NCBI GenBank assembly: GCA_963820525.1
Contig: CAWGAA010000002.1
Span: 320,001 to 384,000 of the forward strand
Length of the DNA: 64,000 nucleotides
Reading direction: 5' to 3'
Source of the DNA: an uncultured Spirochaetota bacterium
GTDB taxonomy: Bacteria > Spirochaetota > Spirochaetia > SZUA-6 > Fen-1364
Of the stretch, positions 39,901-48,141 are shown piece by piece (the stretch's first letter is position 1; every line of letters starts with the position of its first letter). The position numbers were made by a program, and so were the translations under genes. A model generated the notes under the pieces. It was not told the DNA's origin. It made no database searches and saw only the letters and a list, made by a program, of their open reading frames with translations.

Positions 39901-40298
39901 CCGTTACCGACGCCGCCGCGGATCCCGAGGTGGAAAAGGCGGGCATGGACGCCGCGATGAGCTACGAGCGCAAAGAGGGAAGGGAGCCGGAGGACGTGTC
40001 GAGCGAGAACCTCGGGTTCGACATCCGGTCCAGGGAAAAGACCGGCGGATGCCGCTATATCGAAGTGAAGGCGAGGTCTGATGTGGGAGCGGTGGCCCTC
40101 ACCCAGAACGAATGGTTCAAGGCAAAGCGCTTCGGTGACGACTACTATCTCTACGCCGTCATGAACGCAAAGAAATTGCCGCAGCTGTTCCCGATCCGAA
40201 ACCCCGCATCCACGCTCCGCGCCGATGAAAGAGTAGAGGTGGTGCGCTACGTGATCGGGGCGGACCAGATTACGGAGAAAGCGGGGAAAAGGGATTGA
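36954..40298 (+). CDS. SNF2-family helicase with C-terminal DUF3883 PD-(D/E)xK nuclease-like domain
   Basis: [33 protein letters not shown] and [12 protein letters not shown]-terminal DVS..GFDI..YIEVK..TQNE. Confidence 0.92.
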   Translation: MDRIQKGSIIRGPATPEPVEVKLVEKVGGYLHIVGVGTLSGNHSDFLIAAEDMDSYSSDNAEKAFSEEAWKVFLGLETIRYRFASLYDPLLAVNTSKIDPLPHQIEAVYGYILKLPRIRFLIADDPGAGKTIMAGLVIKELKLRRVIDRVLIVCPGHLKDQWRRELSERFEEKFIVIDRGIMDSLYGENAWNREKQIITSIDFAKRDEILPSIAAAHFDLVIVDEAHKMSAYQYGDKTEKTGRYRLGETLSRISDHYLFLTATPHRGDPESFRMFLDLLEQGFFATSEMVHESVRNRDNPLFIRRIKEDLKDFEGKPLFLPRYVKTIAYDLGTRSPAEKDLYNALSEYVVTQYNLALSRDKKRNIAFALVILQRRLASSSYALLKSLERRKGRLEELLKGAQERLSFSGEMLDLDSAEDLSEEERWREEEIWESLSVAENRQELEDEISTLENLISQARAIIHGEKEIKLMELKKTVHRLETENPKKEERKILIFTESRDTLDYLERKMKEWGFTTNVIHGGMKLEERVRAESVFKNETDILVATEAAGEGINLQFCNLMINYDLPWNPNRLEQRMGRIHRYGQTREVWVFNLVAEDTREGRVLKKLFEKLDEIRKAMGSDKVFDVISDVLPNVNLSQLMMDAAARTRSVDDIIGEMDVTVDEEYIRRVKEELGESLATHFIDYTRIKEMARKAEEYRLIPEYTENYFRKAFQRAGGSVRETREGFLAVDSVPHAIRKASERDEILKSFGAVLKRYPKMTFDKKVAFHHADAEFVSFGHPLFESVMAWVEAELMDSVQNGAVFLDPDRLMDGHNLFYEGEIRDGNGETAGKRLFALYARDDDMKEVPPSLLWDLAEGTAADRNETLDREGLKSRASEAVIASLEKYRTEISNERTRQAAIKKKYGVKSLETLILKLDGELIPLKDRQMRGENVDLAIRNKEERKAEYERALADLERFIVREQNLVMSMPRFRGIVRVKPGTKPVTDAAADPEVEKAGMDAAMSYERKEGREPEDVSSENLGFDIRSREKTGGCRYIEVKARSDVGAVALTQNEWFKAKRFGDDYYLYAVMNAKKLPQLFPIRNPASTLRADERVEVVRYVIGADQITEKAGKRD

Positions 40299-43009
40299 CC
40301 GAAGCGCCGCGAGGCCCCCGTTTCATCGAAGAATCCTTTCCCGTCAAGGAAGTGGGCGCGGAGTCCGCGCGGGAGAAGAACATCCGGCACGGCCACATCT
40401 CCACGCTTCACATCTGGTGGGCGCGCCGCCCTCTGGCCTCTTCCAGGGCGACGGTGTATGGGGCCCTGGTGCCGACGCCGGAGACGCCCGATGACGTACG
40501 GAACACCAGGCAATTCATCATCGATTTCTCCAAGTGGGAGAACTCCCTCAATCCAACCATGATTCAAAGGGCCCGCCGGGACATCCTTGCGGCCGGCGGC
40601 GGAAGGTCTCCCCGGGTGCTCGATCCGTTCGGCGGCGGGGGAGCCATTCCCCTTGAAGCGCTCAGGCTGGGATGCGAGACGTACTCGGGAGACCTCAATC
40701 CCGTGGCGGTGCTGATCCAGAAATGCACCCTGGAGTACCCGCAAAAGTTCGGAAAGCAGGGCCCGGTCGTGCAGGAAGGCGAGGTGATCGGAAGCGCGCA
40801 CAAGCATGCTGTCAACGCGGAGAACAGGCTCCTGGAGGACGTGAAGAGATGGTCCGGCAGGGTCCTGAAGGAAGCGAAAGCCGGGCTTTCCCGATTCTAC
40901 CCCTCCGATCCCGACGGCTCAACTCCTGTTGGCTATATCTGGGCGCGGACCATCCCCTGCCAGAATCCCGCCTGCGGGGCGGAGATTCCCCTCATGCGCC
41001 AGTTCTGGCTGGCAAAGACGTCAAGTAAAAAGGTGAGCCTGTTCCCCTTCGTCAAGGCCGGCAGCGTCCTTTTCCGCATCGTGGGGGACGCATACAAGGA
41101 GATGCCTGCAGGCTTCGACCCGGAGGAGGGAACGGTTTCCCGGGCCGTGGCGAGGTGCCCGGTCTGCGGGTCCATGTCGGACGACACGACAACACGAAAG
41201 CTATTCCAGGAAGGGAAAGCCGGGCAGAGGATGATCGCCGTTGTCCTACTTAAGGAAGGACGGACGGGAAAAAGGTACAGGATATCGACTGAAGAGGATG
41301 AGGCCGTGTTCCTGGGTGCGGAAAAGGCGCTGGAGGGGAAGAGCGCCCTGCTCCGGGAAGAGTGGGGCATGGAGCCTGTACCGGATGAGCCGCTTCCGCC
41401 CGCGCGCACGCTCGGATTTAGAATACAGAACTACGCCATGAACACCTGGGGCGACCTGTTCAACTCACGGCAGAAGCTGGCGCTCATCATCTTTGCGGAC
41501 GCGGTGCGCCGCGCGTACAATGGGATGATCGCCGAGGGGTATGAGGCGGAGTACGCCAGAGCGGTAGTGGGGTATTTAGGAATATTGGTGGATAGGCTGG
41601 CAGATAAATCCGGCGTTCTTGTAAGGTATAACTCAGCTGCAGAGAAAATTGAAGGTGTCTTTGGTCGTCAGGCACTCCCAATGTTATGGGATTATGTTGA
41701 GACCAATCCCTTCACGGATGTCGGCTGGCACAACATGCAGGAGTGGATCGAACAGATCATCCAGCACTGCTCCCAAATCGAGCAGCCGGCGCACGTAACT
41801 CAATCTTCCGCAATCGCCCTGCCGTACGCCGACTCGTTCTTTGACGCCGTGTTCACCGATCCTCCCTACTACGATAATGTTCCCTATTCCTATCTCTCCG
41901 ATTTCTTCTACGTCTGGCTCAAGCGGACGATCGGAGACGCCTTTCCGGAGCTTTTTTCCACGCCCCTCACGCCCAAGAAAAGCGAGATCGTCGCGTACTC
42001 GGAAGGCGTCGGAGGATTCGAGGAGGGCAAGCGCCGGTTCGAGGAGATGCTGAAAAAATCGTTTCAGGAAATCCACAGGGTATTGAAACCCGACGGCGTT
42101 TCCCTGATCGTGTATGCCCACAAGTCCACGGCCGGATGGGAGACCCTCATCAACTCGCTCCTCGATTCGGGCCTCATCATGACGGGCGCCTGGCCGATCA
42201 ACACGGAGAAAGTAGGAAGGATGCGCTCTCAAGAATCCGCGGCCCTCGCATCCTCCATATACATCGTATGCCGCAAGATGACCCGCAAGCCCACGGGGAT
42301 TTACAGCGAAGTGAAGGAGGCGCTCGTCAATCACCTCGATCTAAAATTGGAGAAGCTCTGGGGAGAGGGAATCGGCGGGGCGGATTTCTTCATCGCGGCA
42401 ATCGGCTCGGCCATAGAAGTGTTCGGGAAGTTCGAGAAGGTCATCGACTTCGAGGGCACCACTGTGCGCGCGGACAGGCTGCTGGAGGACATTCGCCTGA
42501 TCGTCACCGATTTCGCGGTCCGCCGAATATTGAAAAACGGCTTTGCGGGGGAAATAACCGACCTGACGCGGTTCTACGTCCTCTTCCGCTGGGAGTTCGG
42601 AGAGTCGAGGGTCGGGTTCGACGAGGCGCGGAAGCTCGCCCAGAGCTGCGGAATCGATCTGGCCCTGGAATGGAACCGGGGCGGATTCATAATGAAGGAG
42701 AAAGAGCTCATACGCGTCATCGGCCCCCAGGAAAGGAAAGCGGAGAAGCTGAAGGACTCCACGGAGCTCATCGACGTGCTCCACCGCTGCCTGCTCCTGT
42801 GGGAGAAGAGCCGGAGGGACGAGATGATCCAGGCCCTCACGGAGTCCGGTTTCGGCAAGAGCGAGGCTTTCTTCCGCGTGGCCCAGGCGGTCTCTGAGAC
42901 GCTGCCGACGGAGAGCAGGGAGAAGAAGCTCCTGGACGGGTTCCTCTCGGGAAGGGAGAGGCTTCAGGAAACCGCGCGGCGAAGCTCTCGGCAGGGGGAG
43001 CTTTTCTAG
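40295..43009 (+). CDS. DUF1156 adenine-specific DNA methyltransferase
   Basis: [10 protein letters not shown], motif I DPFGGGG, motif IV DPPY, Cys pairs CQNPAC and CPVC; TTG start overlapping the helicase stop. Confidence 0.92.
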   Translation: MTEAPRGPRFIEESFPVKEVGAESAREKNIRHGHISTLHIWWARRPLASSRATVYGALVPTPETPDDVRNTRQFIIDFSKWENSLNPTMIQRARRDILAAGGGRSPRVLDPFGGGGAIPLEALRLGCETYSGDLNPVAVLIQKCTLEYPQKFGKQGPVVQEGEVIGSAHKHAVNAENRLLEDVKRWSGRVLKEAKAGLSRFYPSDPDGSTPVGYIWARTIPCQNPACGAEIPLMRQFWLAKTSSKKVSLFPFVKAGSVLFRIVGDAYKEMPAGFDPEEGTVSRAVARCPVCGSMSDDTTTRKLFQEGKAGQRMIAVVLLKEGRTGKRYRISTEEDEAVFLGAEKALEGKSALLREEWGMEPVPDEPLPPARTLGFRIQNYAMNTWGDLFNSRQKLALIIFADAVRRAYNGMIAEGYEAEYARAVVGYLGILVDRLADKSGVLVRYNSAAEKIEGVFGRQALPMLWDYVETNPFTDVGWHNMQEWIEQIIQHCSQIEQPAHVTQSSAIALPYADSFFDAVFTDPPYYDNVPYSYLSDFFYVWLKRTIGDAFPELFSTPLTPKKSEIVAYSEGVGGFEEGKRRFEEMLKKSFQEIHRVLKPDGVSLIVYAHKSTAGWETLINSLLDSGLIMTGAWPINTEKVGRMRSQESAALASSIYIVCRKMTRKPTGIYSEVKEALVNHLDLKLEKLWGEGIGGADFFIAAIGSAIEVFGKFEKVIDFEGTTVRADRLLEDIRLIVTDFAVRRILKNGFAGEITDLTRFYVLFRWEFGESRVGFDEARKLAQSCGIDLALEWNRGGFIMKEKELIRVIGPQERKAEKLKDSTELIDVLHRCLLLWEKSRRDEMIQALTESGFGKSEAFFRVAQAVSETLPTESREKKLLDGFLSGRERLQETARRSSRQGELF

Positions 43010-43039
43010 GGTAGTATGACGGCAGTCGAGGTATAAGGG

Positions 43040-44254
43040 ATGAATGTTATCGCCAAACCGGCGCGGACCGTACCGAGGATCGAATACCTTCGTGTGCAGA
43101 ACTACCGTGCCTTGTGCGACATCGAACTCAAGGGATTGAAGCCTCTCACTGTTTTTCTCGGGCCTAATGGCAGTGGGAAATCCACGGTCTTCGATGTGTT
43201 CGCTTTCCTGGCTGAGTGTTTCACGATCGGGCTTCGTCGGGCATGGGACAAGCGGGGGCGCTTCAAGGAGCTTCGCACCAGAGGCCAGGAAGGACCCATC
43301 GTCATTGAGCTGAAATACAAGGAGAGCCCGAGCATTCCGACAATCACCTACCACATGGCGATAGACGAAGGCGACGGCGGGCCGTATATGGCCGAGGAAT
43401 GGCTCAAATGGAAAAGACAGAGCTATGGTAAGCCTTTCAATTTCCTCGATTTCCGGGGAGGTGCGGGAGAAGTCATTTCCGGGGAACTGCCCGACGAGAC
43501 GGACAATCGGGTATCCGAAAAACTCGAATCTCCCGAGCTTCTCGCCGTGAGCACACTCGGACAGCTTGCGAAGCATCCCCGCGTGAGCGCTCTGAGAAGG
43601 TTCATTACGGGATGGCATCTGTCGTATCTGAGCGCGGACGCCACACGCGGCCATCCCGAAGCCGGTCCTCAGGAGCGGCTTTCAACGACGGGGGACAACC
43701 TGCCAAACGTTATTCAGTATCTCAAGGAACAGCATCCTGAACGTCTTGAGCGGATATTAAAGACCCTTTCCTCAAGGATTCCCCGTTTGGAGAAAGTCAG
43801 CGCGGAAACCATGCAGGACGGAACCCTTCTCCTCCAGATCAAGGACGCTCCCTTCGAACGGCCGGTGCTTGCCCGTTTCGCTTCGGACGGCACGTTGAAA
43901 ATGCTCTCATACCTGACGCTCCTCTACGATCCAACTCCGCCGGAGCTTATCGGCATCGAGGAGCCCGAGAACCATCTCCATCCCAGACTTCTTCCGGAGC
44001 TTGCCGAGGAATGTAGAATCGCATCGAGCGGGACACAGCTTCTGATTACCACCCATTCTCCGTTTTTCGTGAACGGCCTGCAACCCGAAGAGTTGTGGGT
44101 CTTATTCCGTGACGAAAAAGGCTTTACGGGAGCGCGCTGCGCCGCGGACATGAAGGGGGTCAAGGAGTTTATGGAGGAAGGCGCCCAGCTTGGCTATTTG
44201 TGGATGGAAAGCCATTTCGAAGTCGGGGATCCGCTCGCTAAACCGAAGGACTGA
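43040..44254 (+). CDS. Soluble ABC/AAA_21-type ATPase
   Basis: [19 protein letters not shown] signature, [10 protein letters not shown] and TTHS; no TM partner. Confidence 0.9.
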   Translation: MNVIAKPARTVPRIEYLRVQNYRALCDIELKGLKPLTVFLGPNGSGKSTVFDVFAFLAECFTIGLRRAWDKRGRFKELRTRGQEGPIVIELKYKESPSIPTITYHMAIDEGDGGPYMAEEWLKWKRQSYGKPFNFLDFRGGAGEVISGELPDETDNRVSEKLESPELLAVSTLGQLAKHPRVSALRRFITGWHLSYLSADATRGHPEAGPQERLSTTGDNLPNVIQYLKEQHPERLERILKTLSSRIPRLEKVSAETMQDGTLLLQIKDAPFERPVLARFASDGTLKMLSYLTLLYDPTPPELIGIEEPENHLHPRLLPELAEECRIASSGTQLLITTHSPFFVNGLQPEELWVLFRDEKGFTGARCAADMKGVKEFMEEGAQLGYLWMESHFEVGDPLAKPKD

Positions 44255-44262
44255 CCGGGCGC

Positions 44263-44892
44263 ATGAGAATCGAAGTGATAGTCGAAGAACCTTCCGCCGA
44301 AGCCGCCTTGCAGAATATCTTGCCGAAAATGATTCCGGTTGGATCAAGCTTCAAGATTCATGTGCATCAGGGCAAGCAGGACCTGCTCTCAAAGCTTGTG
44401 AGCCGCCTACGCGCGTACCGCAAGCACATTGCCAAAGATGACAGGCTTATGGTTCTCGTGGACAGAGACAGGGAGAATTGCCACAGCTTGAAGAAAAAAA
44501 TGGAAAACGCAGCAGAAAAGGCGGGGCTTGTATCGAAATCGAAAGCGAAAGGGAAGACCTTTCACGTCATGAACAGGCTCGCAATTGAGGAGTTGGAGGC
44601 CTGGTTTTTCGGGGATCCGCAGGCTATTTCGGAAGCATTCCCGAAAATACCGGTATCCGTCTTCAATAGAGAGCCATATCGGATTCCCGATTCTATCAAA
44701 GGAGGAACGGCGGAAGCCCTCGAGAGGGTGCTCAAGCAGTACCGATACTATCCCAGCGGCATGCCCAAGATCGAGGTTGCTCGCGCGATCTCCTCACGCA
44801 TGGATCCTTCGCGTAACATTTCGAAAAGCTTCAAAGTATTCAAGAAAGGGATCGAAGTCCTCACGGGCTGTAAGGAAGCAATCCATGATTGA
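44263..44892 (+). CDS. DUF4276-family protein (TOPRIM-like, putative nuclease)
   Basis: N-terminal VIVEEPS, HQGKQDL, LVDRD, EELEAWF and N.SKSF. Confidence 0.8.
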   Translation: MRIEVIVEEPSAEAALQNILPKMIPVGSSFKIHVHQGKQDLLSKLVSRLRAYRKHIAKDDRLMVLVDRDRENCHSLKKKMENAAEKAGLVSKSKAKGKTFHVMNRLAIEELEAWFFGDPQAISEAFPKIPVSVFNREPYRIPDSIKGGTAEALERVLKQYRYYPSGMPKIEVARAISSRMDPSRNISKSFKVFKKGIEVLTGCKEAIHD

Positions 44893-45205
44893 CCGCCAGG
44901 AAATGCTGGATAAAGCCATACGCATTATCGTTTCAGCGTCGGATCCCGATAGAATCATCCTGTTCGGATCTCGCGCGCGGGGCGAGGTTTTCGCCGGCGG
45001 CGATTACGATCTTTTCGTTCTGAAGAAGGGCATGCGGGATCCACGGAGGGTCGCGCAGAAAATCTACATGGGTCTCGCCGGCTTCGGCGCTCCGGTCGAC
45101 GTCATTGTGGAAGACGAGGAGAAATACGAGCGGCTGAAAGACGATCCGTACCTCATCTACCACGCGATCGCGGCGGAAGGCAAAGTCATATATGAAAAAT
45201 CGTGA
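44885..45205 (+). CDS. Minimal nucleotidyltransferase (MNT)
   Basis: ILFGSRARG, DYDL, VDVIV and EGKVIYE; start ATG 44885 (MIDRQEML), 106 aa. Confidence 0.9.
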   Translation: MIDRQEMLDKAIRIIVSASDPDRIILFGSRARGEVFAGGDYDLFVLKKGMRDPRRVAQKIYMGLAGFGAPVDVIVEDEEKYERLKDDPYLIYHAIAAEGKVIYEKS

Positions 45206-45587
45206 ACACGCGGTTGAATGGCTGCACAGGGCGAGAAGCAGCCTTCTTCAGGCCAGGCTTGGCAGATCGGAGCCTGGGATACTCATTGAAGATCTCTGTT
45301 ATCACGCGCAGCAGGCGGTCGAAAAGGCCCTGAAAGCGGTCTGTATTCATATAGGAATAGATGTGCCCAAGGTTCACGACATTGGGTTTTTAATCGATCT
45401 GCTCGCCGCCAATTCCATGCATCTTCCCGAAGAGCTCAACATCGCGCGAACGCTGACGGTCTATGCCGTCACCACCCGCTATCCCGGCGATTACCCTCCC
45501 GTGTCCGAGGCGGATTACGCTTCAGCGATTGAGACGGCGGAGAATGTAGTCCGCTGGGCTTCCCGGGAAATCGAGGGAGCTTTATGA
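45192..45587 (+). CDS. HEPN-domain protein (MNT partner)
   Basis: W..RA, CYHAQQAVEKALKA, KVHDI and TRYPG. Confidence 0.9.
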   Translation: MKNREHAVEWLHRARSSLLQARLGRSEPGILIEDLCYHAQQAVEKALKAVCIHIGIDVPKVHDIGFLIDLLAANSMHLPEELNIARTLTVYAVTTRYPGDYPPVSEADYASAIETAENVVRWASREIEGAL

Positions 45588-48100
45588 AGCCTTTCCACAC
45601 TGTTGCCGTTCCTCACCGGGATATCCTCGAAGGCCGTCTCACGATGGACGTTTTCGCGGCGGACCTCTGGCAGGTGTGCCGTCGCCAGGGTCCCGACGAG
45701 TACCGCGACGCGGATACCTTCTTTCGAAAGACGTTCGTCACGCAAGGGTTGCAGAACCTTCTTGATATCGTGGAGAAGAGGCTTGCGGGCCGGGGCGGGG
45801 ATCCCGTCATACAGATCCAGACGCCTTTCGGCGGGGGGAAGACCCATTCGCTCATCGCGATGTACCACAAGGCCGTTGAATGGCGCGCGAAGCAGGTCGT
45901 GATGGTCGGAACGGCCCCCGGCGGACAAAAAACCCTTTGGGGGTGGCTCGAAGAGCAGCTTACGGGGAAGATCGACGCGCTTTCCGGTCCCGTATCACCC
46001 GGGAAAATCGCCCTTCTCAAGCTCCTCGAACAGCACCAGCCCGTGCTCATTCTGATGGACGAAATCCTCGAGTACGCGGTGAAGGCGGCAGGCACGAAAG
46101 TCGGAGAGAGCACTCTCGCCGCCCAGACTCTCGCCTTCATACAAGAGCTGGGAGAAACGGTGAGCGGCCTTGACAAAGCGTGTCTTGTCGTCACGATCCC
46201 TTCCAGCGTCGCTCCCCTGTACGACCAGAACGCCGAAAGGCTATTCCTGGGATTGCAGATGGTGGCGGGGCGGATCGAGAAGATCTACACCCCCATCGCC
46301 GACAGCGAAATCGCGAGCATCATCCGGAGCCGGCTTTTCAGCTCGTTCGATCAGCCGAAGGCGAAGGAGGTCGTGGACTCTTTCATCGAATACGCGGAAA
46401 GAGAAGGCATTCTTCCGTTCGGCTCGAGCGCGGGCGAATATCGCGACCGGTTTCTCGCGTCGTATCCGTTCATGCCCGAAGTGGTCGATGTTCTCTATCA
46501 GAGGTGGGGCAGCTTCGGTACTTTCCAGAGAACCCGGGGAGTGCTGAGGCTTCTCTCATTGGTCGTGCATACACTCAGGAATAGCGCCAAGACGTATATC
46601 GGTCTTTCGGACTTCGATCTGGGCAACCAGGAAATACGGCAGGAGCTGCTGAAGCATATAGGATCGGAGTTCAACAGCGTGATCGCCTCGGATATCACGG
46701 AGCCCTCCAGCGGCGCCCAAAAAGTCAACGGTTCCCTTGGAAACGCGTATCGAGGGCTGTCCCTGGGCACGAGCGCCGCGACATCGATTTTCCTCTATTC
46801 CTTTTCCGGCGGGCACGAACGGGGGGCCACGCTGGCCGAAGTTAAAAGAGCCGCGACCACCACGGAGAATCCCGCGAGCGTGGTCGCCGAGGCCGTGGAG
46901 CAGCTCAAGGCACGGCTTTTCTTCATGCAGAGCGTCGGAGAAAGACTCTTTTTTTCAAACAAGCCCAATCTCAATAAGACGCTTTTAAACCGGATCGAGA
47001 ACCTTGACGACAGCGAGGTGATCGAAGCCGAACGGGAGCTGCTCATATCGTGCCTTTCGCGCCAGAAGCTCAAGGTAACCGTCTGGCAGGATGATCCCGC
47101 TCAAATCCAGGACACCGATTCGCTTCAGCTCCTGATATTGAGAGACCGCCAGGAGGAGGTGATGAAGGACATTATTCGGAACAAGGGCCAGACTCCCCGG
47201 GTGTACGGCAACGCCCTTTTTTTCCTCTATCCCCACGACAATGAGAAAACCGCATTATCCGCAGCGCTCAAAAAAAGAATGGCGTACGAATCGATAGAGG
47301 AAGATCAGGATTTCCCGCTGACCGAGGAACAGCGACGGGAGCTCGCGAAAGTGCTGAAGAAGTGCAGGATAAGCGCGAACGAAGCGCTTCGCAGAGCGTA
47401 TCGAATGGCGGCAGTCCCGTCGAAAGACGGCTTGCGTGAAATAGACCTCGGAGTACCGACCTACGGCGAGAATAAAAACATTGACGACGGGGTATACGAC
47501 AAGCTGCGGTCGGAAGGGCTTCTGTTGGAGAACCTGGCTCCTCTGGTGATCCGTGAGAAATATCTGGCCGGAAAAGAGTATGTGAGCACCGAGGCCATTT
47601 TCCAATCCGCTCTGAAGACCCCGGGAGAACCCAGGCCAATCTCGAAATCGGCAATCGAAAAAGGAATCCGTGAAGGCGTGAAAAGCGGCCTCTTCGGCTT
47701 GGGAGAGTTGGAAGGGGTTGATGCGAAGTGTCTGTTCTTTCAGACGGAACCTTCAGTAGCGTTCGGCGGCAAGGAAGTGCTTATCTGCGACGCGAAATGC
47801 GTGGAACAGAAGAAAAGCGAGCCGATTCAAGCGCCCTTGTCTCCATCCGGAGCACCGACCGCCAAGGTGTCTTCCCACCCGCAGCCGGGTCGAAGCGGCA
47901 AAACCTCGATCGTGATATCGTTTCGAGTGCCCAAGGGCAAAGTCAGCTCCATTATGGGCGTCATGAACTACCTCCAAAGCAGGTTCGAAGGTCTGGATAT
48001 TACGTTAACAGCAAGCGGCGGCGAGATCACGCTTCAAGAATACGACGACAAAGTCATGGAAGCGTTCCGACAGGCGGGAATAGAGGTGAGAGAGGGGTGA
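45584..48100 (+). CDS. DUF499-family AAA+ ATPase
   Basis: PHRDI, FAADL, QTPFGGGKTH, LMDE, YPFMPE and FQRTRGVLRLL; ATGA overlap with the HEPN stop. Confidence 0.9.
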   Translation: MKPFHTVAVPHRDILEGRLTMDVFAADLWQVCRRQGPDEYRDADTFFRKTFVTQGLQNLLDIVEKRLAGRGGDPVIQIQTPFGGGKTHSLIAMYHKAVEWRAKQVVMVGTAPGGQKTLWGWLEEQLTGKIDALSGPVSPGKIALLKLLEQHQPVLILMDEILEYAVKAAGTKVGESTLAAQTLAFIQELGETVSGLDKACLVVTIPSSVAPLYDQNAERLFLGLQMVAGRIEKIYTPIADSEIASIIRSRLFSSFDQPKAKEVVDSFIEYAEREGILPFGSSAGEYRDRFLASYPFMPEVVDVLYQRWGSFGTFQRTRGVLRLLSLVVHTLRNSAKTYIGLSDFDLGNQEIRQELLKHIGSEFNSVIASDITEPSSGAQKVNGSLGNAYRGLSLGTSAATSIFLYSFSGGHERGATLAEVKRAATTTENPASVVAEAVEQLKARLFFMQSVGERLFFSNKPNLNKTLLNRIENLDDSEVIEAERELLISCLSRQKLKVTVWQDDPAQIQDTDSLQLLILRDRQEEVMKDIIRNKGQTPRVYGNALFFLYPHDNEKTALSAALKKRMAYESIEEDQDFPLTEEQRRELAKVLKKCRISANEALRRAYRMAAVPSKDGLREIDLGVPTYGENKNIDDGVYDKLRSEGLLLENLAPLVIREKYLAGKEYVSTEAIFQSALKTPGEPRPISKSAIEKGIREGVKSGLFGLGELEGVDAKCLFFQTEPSVAFGGKEVLICDAKCVEQKKSEPIQAPLSPSGAPTAKVSSHPQPGRSGKTSIVISFRVPKGKVSSIMGVMNYLQSRFEGLDITLTASGGEITLQEYDDKVMEAFRQAGIEVREG

Positions 48101-48141
48101 GATCCCCCGATACACGGTATCGAGAGCATGTATATCGAAGG

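Noticed and set aside
36954..48100. Calling the operon BREX, DISARM or type III R-M
   Set aside because: No PglZ, BrxC, BrxL or DrmA/B/C; the MTase is DUF1156-type and is accompanied by DUF499.
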